Assembly (NCBI RefSeq): GCF_009914755.1 | Contig: NC_060927.1 | Reading direction: 5' to 3' (one strand) | Source of the DNA: the human T2T-CHM13v2.0 reference genome, Homo sapiens | Length of the DNA stretch: 64,000 bases | Shown here: positions 55,601 through 64,000 of the stretch, in pieces | How positions within the stretch are numbered: position 1 is the first letter of the stretch | Layout: every line of letters starts with the position of its first letter | Program-made: the position numbers and the translations under genes | Notes under the pieces: generated by a model | Seen by the model: only the letters and a program-made list of their open reading frames with translations | Databases searched by the model: none | Told to the model about the DNA's origin: nothing

Positions 55601-56348
55601 TCTCAATGATTTTTCAGAACATTCTCTGTGTAGATATGTAGGTAGCATATATTATTGTACCTTTTGTCAATCATACATAAGTGCACACACACAATTTCAA
55701 TTTATAGATACATTCATTTAAATTTAAACATTCACCATATACACAAACAACTTCATTTATACACTAACTCACACAGTTTTACTTATACACACATGCAGTT
55801 TCACTTGTTCATTCTATTCTGTTAGATTTTAAATTCCTGGGCATCAGGAAGTAAAACTATACTGGTAATTTCATGCAATTATCTTGGGCCATAAAAATCC
55901 AGCTTTATTTCCTATTGTTTTTGATAATAATGTCCTTTAGAATGTTGATTATTTAATATATTAAACCATCTGATTAAAAGAAAAAATAATCATTTCTAAT
56001 TAAAAGAAAAACTAAAACTATTTTTCTTAAATAAAAAAACTAAAGTAAAAATGGTACAGTAGAAAGTGTGTATATTTAGCATGTAAATATAACAAATTTT
56101 CAACCAGATTTTTTATACTATGTGAAAAATTGATGCTGATTACTAATTTAAGCTCCAGATAACCTATGCCAACAATTATGCCATGAAAATTATGAGATCT
56201 TAGAAATTCATATTTTGATGAAGATATGTTAGAAATGTTTTGAGAACCATACGGTATAATTTCTTGAAAATCACACAAATTAAAGAGTCTTTGATTTGTT
56301 TTTCAATATTTAACAGATTGCTATTTATATACCAACCATTTTACAATT

Positions 56349-56350
<2 letters not shown>

Positions 56351-56383
<33 letters not shown>

Positions 56384-56642
56384 TTGAGATGGAGTCTCTC
56401 TCTCTGTCACCCAGTCTGGAATGCAGTGGTGCGATCTTGGCTCACTGCAACCTCCTGCCTCAGCCTCCTGAGTAGCTGGGACTACAGGCACATGCCACCA
56501 CACCCAGCTAATTTTTGTACTTTTAGTAGAGACGGGGTTTCACCATGTTGGCCAGGATGGTGTTCATCTCCTGAGCTTATGATCCACCTGCCTCGGCCTC
56601 CCAAAGTCCTGGGATCATAGGGGTGAGCCACCACGCCCGGCC
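56351..56642 (-). mobile_element. AluS with (ATTT)n tail and short internal deletion
   Basis: TSD TACAATTTT at 56342-56350 and 56643-56651; GCAACCTCCTGCCTCAGCC joins across the missing segment. Confidence 0.95.
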
Positions 56643-57069
56643 TACAATTTTTAATATGACAGTTTGCAAGGCAGATTTCCATGGATTCAAGAGCATTTAA
56701 ATCAAAAACAAGAATTTTGCTGTGAACTTTATATAAATAAGTTCACAAAATACATATAATAGAGATTTAAGTCAACAAAACAATGACAACACTATCTGGT
56801 AGCCCTCAATCAAGCTGATGTCAAGATTCATGAACTACACAACCTTGCTCCCTGAAGATTCTGTTTTCTGGCATCAGGCAAATCTCAACATTTTGTATTC
56901 TAGTGTAATCAAAGTTATTCTGTCAACCATTCACTTTGCTAAGGGGAAAGAAAACCAACAATCACCAATCACCTGCAAGGCAGGTAGTGACCACATGTCT
57001 GTACAAGACCACACACAGTTGTATGGGAGGAAACCTTAAATTTTATTCAAGCTTGATGAAATTGAACTT

Positions 57070-57270
57070 TCCTTCCTTTATTCAACAAACATTTATTGAG
57101 CTCTTAGTTTGTGTGACTCACAATGTGAAGCACTGAGGATATAGAGAAGAAAGTAGATATTATATATTCACTGCCCTTCATAAAGAGCTATAGAGTGAGG
57201 CAGAATATTAAAGGAAATCATACAACTCATTATTTATATACAATTTAGACAAAGTCCATTATGGAGAAGT
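57070..57270 (-). mobile_element. L2 3' end
   Basis: TTCAACAAACATTTATTGAG. Confidence 0.65.
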
Positions 57271-57454
57271 AAAAATTGGGCCTCTCTAAATTGACATTAC
57301 TTTTCAGGAGGCAAGGCTTTTGGATTTTGATTCTGGTTTTGTTATTTACTTGCTCTGTGATTTTGGCAAATTATTCAACCTCTCTTAATCTCTTCTTCCA
57401 TAACTCTACAGGGGAAATTAATTCCTATCTTTCGTGATTTTAAAATAGGGCTGC

Positions 57455-58010
57455 AAATTTTTTTACCAAACCTCCCATGAATGGGAGTCGCCTCCATCTG
57501 TGTCGCCTTTGTGTAGTTGTGTCGCCTCCATTTAATGCTGGAAAATGACTGCTTTGACCTTTATAGCACATCAGAAGTGATGCTCTACTCTTCAGATGAG
57601 GTAATATAAATTCATGAAGCCTGTGCATATTTTTCTTGAATACTCCCTTCTCATGACCTTCTCTTTCAGAAGGCATCATCATGCTGAGAAAGCCCATATG
57701 CAGGAGAGGTCACCTGTAAGTATTCTGACTGATGGTTCTAGCAGAGCCACCTCTTATGTGAGTGGAGAATCATTCAGAAGTGGATATTCCAGCACTGGCT
57801 GTTTAATGCCAGGCATTCTACCCACTTCCAGCCATTCAAGTCTCCACAGCTGAGAGTCCAGACTCTTGGACTAGATAAGCCAAGCCATGTCCATTCTAAA
57901 TCCCATACCTGAATAGTTAATTCTTAGCATCCATGAGCATAATGCCATGGCTGCTGTCTTATACCACTAAGTTTTGGGAAGGATTTTTACATTGCAATAC
58001 ACAACCAGAA
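57455..58010 (+). mobile_element. MLT1G/H-like LTR inserted in a MIR (57320-57440 and 58030-58090)
   Basis: GACTGCTTTGACC, AGAAGCCCATATG, ATACCACTAAGTTTTGG...GCAATACACAACCAGAA. Confidence 0.6.
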
Positions 58011-59125
58011 TCCCCCCACCCATATTAGCAACTGTCTTAATAAATGTAATGCAAACAATAATGTGTCTTGATCATAGTAGGCACTTAGTAACAGAAAATA
58101 TTTTTGTTACACGGTTCATCAGAAACTCGGAAGAAATGTCATAATACTCAATAGCACGAGGGTCTCTTAAGCATTCAACTAACATTTTACAACCTCCAGC
58201 GTATTCTCCCTGTCATTATTCCAATCTGTATTTAAAGAAGTAATTATGTAAGACACTATTTTAAAAAACTTATGTAAACAGAACAGTGCAATGCATATCT
58301 TACCATGCATCACTCCTTAGGTAAGGATGAGGTCAGACAGGCTGATTCGTTATGCTGGAAATTACTAAGGATAGAGATTTATATATTATAGATAAGTCCA
58401 CAGATAACTGAAGAGCAACAGCAGCAATCATTTTTGACAAACCCTTTCAAAGCTCTGAGAAATGTGCAAATGCACATCATTTGAAATTATGCTGAGCCTC
58501 AACTTCTAACTGTTGAAAGCTAAAATTGTGGGGTTTTTTTCTGTTTATATTTAGGACCACTAGAGTCCACCTGAAACAAGAGATGGATGTATATGCCATG
58601 TCAGCTTTTCCTTTCTCAAAGAAGCCTCTCCATCACATGAGCTACAAGGATATTGATCACTGCTTCTAAGCTAACTGGGCACCACATATTTTCTCAGGGA
58701 GATATTATCAAATTACCCAAAGCAACTATACAATGTGGAAATTTACTTTCCAAAAAATAAATCTCAATCTTCATATAGCACATTGTAATGGAGCCTATTT
58801 CTAGGTTTTTACAACTGTTTACTCATAAATTTGTAATTTGGAAGAGAAAAGCCAAAGATGTGGTAAACTTCAAGGTATCTTCCCCCAATTTTATTTATAT
58901 GTAGCAAAACACAGTGCTATTCAATCATATAAGATACAATTTAAAAATCTGAAAATTTCTTTATAGATATATTTCCAGTATTCCTTGAGTGGGTTGTATT
59001 CTATCTTTTTAAATATGCAAAAGTCTTTTTATTTATTTTTCTAATTTTGATGGGAATAATAAGACAGATTTATCAATTTAGATTTTAAGAAACACTGAAT
59101 GACATAATTTTTTTAAAAGGTGTAT

Positions 59126-59165
59126 TTCTGCTTATCAACCTCCCTAAGCAGGTTGATAAGCAGAA
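59126..59165. repeat. Perfect 16-bp inverted repeat with 8-nt spacer
   Basis: TTCTGCTTATCAACCT-CCCTAAGC-AGGTTGATAAGCAGAA. Confidence 0.95.
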
Positions 59166-59299
59166 GAAAAAAATGCCATTTATTTAGGTTGCAATGACTT
59201 TGTCCTTAACTGATCCATTAGGAGTGCATTGGAATATTGCCCCAACACTCCTCACCCACAACCTGACAATACATAAGCAAAATGTACTTTATAAAGATG

Positions 59300-59466
59300 A
59301 GCCAGCTATGTAATTTGGGGACTCAGGGGAAAATGAAAATCTGGGACCCTGATTCAAAAGTTAAGAATTTCTGATGAGAGAAGAATATTAAACAAAGCAC
59401 AGGGTCCTTCAAGGCACAGAGCCCCATGCCATTGCACAGGTTATGCATGCACAAAGCCTGCCCTGG
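59300..59466. mobile_element. MER91A-like hAT MITE
   Basis: CCAGCTATGTAATTTGGGG...AAAATGAAAAT...TGCACAGGTT...CTGCCCTG. Confidence 0.6.
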
Positions 59467-60266
59467 CTACAAAACAGTTAAATAACACTGCATGACAGAG
59501 CAGTCATCAAGTGAGCAAAGGGCAAAATGTGCTGTCAGTGGAGAGTTTAGAGTGAATCTGTGGGTACCTCAGTGGCTTTAAAACTAAATCCCTCTTGTCA
59601 AAAATACCTTAATCCATGGGATCCAAAGACCCTTCAAGAACTTTATTAATGAGGACTTGAGAATCGACCAAATGTTTCAGTAGAGTGGGTTTTCACGTTT
59701 CTCTGCCCATCTAAAGAGCTTCCAGGCATGAAGCTTGGAATCAGGACAACACCAATCAATCGCCCTTACCTCAGAAAAATAAAAACATCATGCCTGAAAA
59801 ATGCACTAGACTAACTACTGAGCCACTTGCAATTTCAGTATTTATTCAGGTTAGGAAAAAATTTTCCACCAAATTTAAAAGACTTAGCTGACATACATTT
59901 GCTAAAATAATCAAGATTTGAAAACCTGATGTTTTAAAGTAGACGTGAAAAGAAGAATCCGTTTACATGAGTGCTTAAGTATCATCTTTACATAGGTGTC
60001 TACTGTAACTTCTTCCCTCAACAATTTAAGATGATGTTTTCTTGTTTTAAGTTCTATAAGAGGCGTAAGCACTCCACCATCAGTATTTCTATGGTAATGG
60101 TTGTCTTCCACAAAAAACAAACAAACAAATATAATACCATGTATTACAATGGTTGGTTGTACGTAACCCCTTCCTCAACACCTCTTTCTCCAACTCATTT
60201 ATCTACTTGGAAATCTCTTAAGTGGCTATTCATAATTTTACAGGTTTCTCCACCTTTACCTTAGAC

Positions 60267-60475
60267 CAGGATTTCTCAGCTTCAGCACTATTGACATTTT
60301 GGTGGAGGGCTGTCTTGGGCTTTCTCCTGAGCCAGCATCCCTGGCTTCTATCCATTACATGTCAGTAGTGAATCCCTCCCCCATTTGTGAGAACCAAAAT
60401 GTCTCCAACATTGCCAAATGACCCTTTAAATGGGGGCAGGTAAAATCACCCCCTCATCTTTGTGGAGTACCATTG
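60267..60475. mobile_element. MER20 hAT-Charlie MITE
   Basis: TTCAGCACTATTGACATTT, AATGTCTCCAACATTGCCAAATG; perfect 8-bp TSD CCTTAGAC at 60259-60266 and 60476-60483. Confidence 0.88.
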
Positions 60476-60504
60476 CCTTAGACCTACCTCTACACACAGG
60501 GAAA

Positions 60505-60750
60505 TAATATAGCACAGTGGTTCAGAGTTTGAGCTTGGGATCTTAGAGACACTAATTTTAGGTTCACTTCAGTCACTGAGTGTTACATAGACCTGGGAAA
60601 CTCACACAGCCTTTGAAAGTTCAATTCCCTCTTTTGTAAAATAAGGTTTGGGCGACCTACCTCACAGGACTCTGACCAAGACTAAATGGATAATGCTTGC
60701 AAAGTGCTTAGCTTAGTTTTTGGCACATATTAAACATTCAATAAATGTTA
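60505..60750 (+). mobile_element. MIR (near full length)
   Basis: TAGCACAGTGGTTCAGAG...TTTGTAAAATAAGG...AAAGTGCTTAGC...TCAATAAATGTTA. Confidence 0.75.
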
Positions 60751-61089
60751 TTTAAAAGCTGAAATTGAAATGCAACCTAATTCAAATCGATACATAAGAA
60801 TAAGGAACTCAGGGAAGGGAGAGAGGGAGGATGACACATTTCCATAACTAAAGACTTTTGTTTTCCTCTACTTGGATGTAAACATTAGACTGTGATAATA
60901 TTATTTGCCTCAGAATTTCAAAGAATTGATTTAGCAAGGTTTATACAATTGCATGCTTAGCACATGTTTTAGCCAACTCTTATGAAAGGAAATTGAGGGG
61001 AGGGGCACTGGTCATTAGATTTTATACCAATAAACTAATTTTTCCCTGATTTAAACATTGTTTTGATGTCTTTTAATCAGAAAAGAGTA

Positions 61090-62050
61090 AGTATCGATTG
61101 TTGTGTGGGGGAAATAAACCCAACAGAAAGATACTTAAGATGCAGATCTTGCCTTCTGATAAGTTACAGTCTTAAGATGAGGTGAGTATGTTTAAGTAGA
61201 TTGTTATATTATTTAATGTGGTATGACAAAGATATGAGCAGAGTTCATGGGAGCAAAGAAAAGAAAACTACTACTGTCAAAGAAAATTACCATTTATTTA
61301 ATGATTATTGGGTGCTGTGCATTGTGCTAAGTATTTACCATGTATCATCTCATTTGACTAATGCTTTCTAGGTACCTGAGGAAGGCTGCATCGATAGAGA
61401 AGCAGAGAAGCTGGCTTTGGCTACTGAAGGCTGATTCAGGTGTGTCAGACAGAGATGGCATGGAAAAGAGCATGACATAAAAAAGAATTAACGTTTTCAC
61501 ATAGGCCATAAAACATTAGGCATGTTTGAATAAGTTTAACAAGTCCACTGTGGTGAAGCATAGGTATATTGCTGAGTTGAGAAGATACAAATGACAATCA
61601 AGAGGCACACTGGCGAAGACTGTAAAAATGTTCCTTACTCCAGGCTGAAGAGTTGATTCTTTATCCTATAGGCATCAAGAAGTAACAAAGCATTCTTTTA
61701 AAACCCAGCATGACAGAGTAGTATCTATTCCCATGAAGATGATTGTGCAGGCACAGTGTTAACCTGAATTGAAAAGCAAAGAGATTTGGTAATTGATAGA
61801 TGTTGGAAGATGACAAAGGAGAAGGTGTTTTGGACAAATCTTGGTCTCCCACACTGAGGGAATGGATAGACTGTGGTGACAATAACTGAGATAAAGAGCA
61901 CACACCAAACGAAATCACATTGGAGGGTAGAAAAATACTAAGTTTGAGGGAGACTTAGAAAGGGCTGTTCAGAAGGTTCTAAACGGATAGATTTTAATGG
62001 TAGGATGGGAAAAAGTTAGGACTAAGGTATTGTAAAAACTAAGAAATAGA
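61090..62050 (-). mobile_element. L2 fragments
   Basis: CAGGCTGAAGAGTTGATTCTTTATCCTATAGGCA. Confidence 0.5.
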
Positions 62051-62369
62051 CTGTCATTGAAACCATAAGGTTAGTTGCATCAAGAAAGCAATTAGAAAAA
62101 AAATAGGAACATAAGTGAAAACAAGTTCAGTTTGCAGGTTTTGAATCTCAACTTCAGCAGTAATTGTAAATTATAAAAGCAGTTTCTTATTAGCCATCTA
62201 TTCAGTTATGAAGATTAGAGAGTTTTCAATCAATACACTTTTAATAGTTCGGTTTATGATGCTGATGGTGATAAATAAAAATTTGCCTAATGGTAAGACA
62301 TGTCACGTTCTCATGACATGATAGGACTCACCAATGACAAGATTCCAAATCCCTGGCATTGATTTTTTT

Positions 62370-63290
62370 CAGGTTTAATGCAATTTAATTTGAAACCACA
62401 AATGATGTTATTCTGGGATTTTGTCAGTGACTTAGTTTTATCTGCAAGAATGATTAGATAAGAATAACTTAGAAAATATTGCAAAAGTGAGCATATTAGA
62501 AAACAAAATTACTGAAGCAGTATAGCATTAGTACAAGAGTAGCCAAACATTGCTATAACAAGAGAGAAAAATCCAGAAACAAACAAAACATGACAAGAGA
62601 GGCATTTCAAATCCATGGGAAAATAAAGTATTCAATCTGTGCTGTGTTGAACACTAGAAAAAAATAACATTAAATTCATCCTCATCCAACATACCAATTC
62701 TTTCTAATCCTTTTCCAAGAAAGAAATGATAGAAATTTTGGTAGCTATGACTACATAAAACCTATTTATTCTTGTATGTTAAAGAAAACACAAATTATAA
62801 AGCACACAATGGGGAAAATATTTGCACAGTGTAAAACCTACAAGGCATTAATGACCTTAATGTATACAGTTTCCTCATGATCAGTTAAAGAGAGAAAGGG
62901 AAATTCTCCTTTAGAAAGAAATGGAGTAAGAGACATATATGATTAAAAAAAGAAATTAAAATGAGCAATAAATATTTCAAAACTATTGAGTCTTACTAGC
63001 AAACATAATTATGCAAATTAAAGCAAGAGATAATTTGTTTATTTTACTGACAAATATGTATGTATATATTTAATTTTATTTTTCCGTGCAAGCAGGGTAC
63101 ATGCATGATGGTTGTCCTCTCCAGTGACAGAATCCTGAAGAAAAAACTGACATTTACTATCAGAAATATTTAATCTGCATATTTTTTGACCTAGCAAGTA
63201 TCTTCCATGTGTTTATATCAGTGTTATTTTTCTATTTCTTTACACATTTCATTATAAAATATGTATATTTCCTAAATACACAAATAGATT
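62370..63290 (+). mobile_element. Ancient L1ME ORF2 fragments
   Basis: AGTATAGCATTAGTACAAG, GGCATTTCAAATCCATGGG, ATGCAAATTAAAGCAA. Confidence 0.5.
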
Positions 63291-63297
63291 TCATTTA

Positions 63298-63891
63298 CAG
63301 TAGTACCCCCTTATCTATATTCCAAGGCCCTCAGTGGATACCTGAAACCTCAGAAAGTACTGAACCCTGTATATTTTGTTTTTTCCTATACATACATAAC
63401 TATGATAAAGTTTAATTTATAAATTGGGCACAGGAAGGGATTAACAACAACTAATAGAAAAATTATAATATGCCAGCATTACTTCTGTCGGCATGTTAAT
63501 AGTAACCCTTATTTTACTTAGTAAGGGTTACTAAGCAAAATCGCAGTGCTTGTATTCAAGTAACCCTTCTTTTACTTAATAGTCCCAAAGTCCTTGTGCT
63601 TAGTCCCTGTGTTATCAGTCCTCTCTGATCACAAAGATGGCCAAATAATTGACTAACATGGGGGTAGTGTATATAGTATAGAAAAGCTGAACTAAGGGAT
63701 AATTCATGTCCCAGGAGGATGAAGCAGGATGGCACACGATTTCATCACATTATTCAGAACAATGTGCAAACATGCAATTTAAAATCTATGTATTATTCAT
63801 TTCTGGAACTTTCCATTTAGTATTTTTGGACTGCTGTTGACCATGGGTACTGAGACTTGGGAAAACAAAACCACAAATGCGGGGAACTACT
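63298..63891 (-). mobile_element. MER44 (Tigger7-derived MITE) with internal micro-inversion
   Basis: TA-flanked termini CAGTAGTACCCCCTTATC...GCGGGGAACTACTA; ATTTCTGGAACTTTCCATTT. Confidence 0.8.
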
Positions 63892-64000
63892 ATATTGTAT
63901 AGACCTTGAAAAATGCTCATAAGAAAAAAAAAGAAAAGAAAAGAAAAAAACTTTGTAATCACCAATATCTTGAGGAAAATTCATGTTGACACTGATTTTG

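Noticed and set aside
62298-62322. CATGTCA-N8-TGACATG palindrome
   Set aside because: 7-bp arms are expected by chance many times in 64 kb.

Overview
This is AT-rich, repeat-dense primate genomic DNA, intergenic or deep intronic. Alu J/S, MER11 and an L1PA2-type 3' end suggest a catarrhine, probably a great ape or human. I find no intact protein-coding gene, RNA gene or CRISPR array. The listed ORFs are chance ORFs or decayed Alu, L1 and ERV pieces. The window holds Alus, L1s of many ages (including a ~6.2 kb L1MA-type copy lacking its RT domain), MIR/L2 relics, MaLR/ERVL/ERV1 LTRs, a truncated MER66-type provirus with a fossil gag, two MER11 (HML-8) insertions and several hAT/Tigger MITEs. 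I see no new biological system. The most notable signals are structural: (1) a MER11 provirus collapsed to 5'LTR-PBS-partial 3'LTR; (2) an ~0.85 kb inversion with an inverted ~165 bp breakpoint duplication; (3) an ~340 bp non-TE direct duplication carrying splice-like signals; (4) overlapping sense and antisense non-coding exon candidates at ~19.1 kb; (5) a perfect 16-8-16 palindrome; (6) several templated micro-rearrangements. Repeat subfamily names come from recalled consensus sequences, and boundaries of old elements are approximate.
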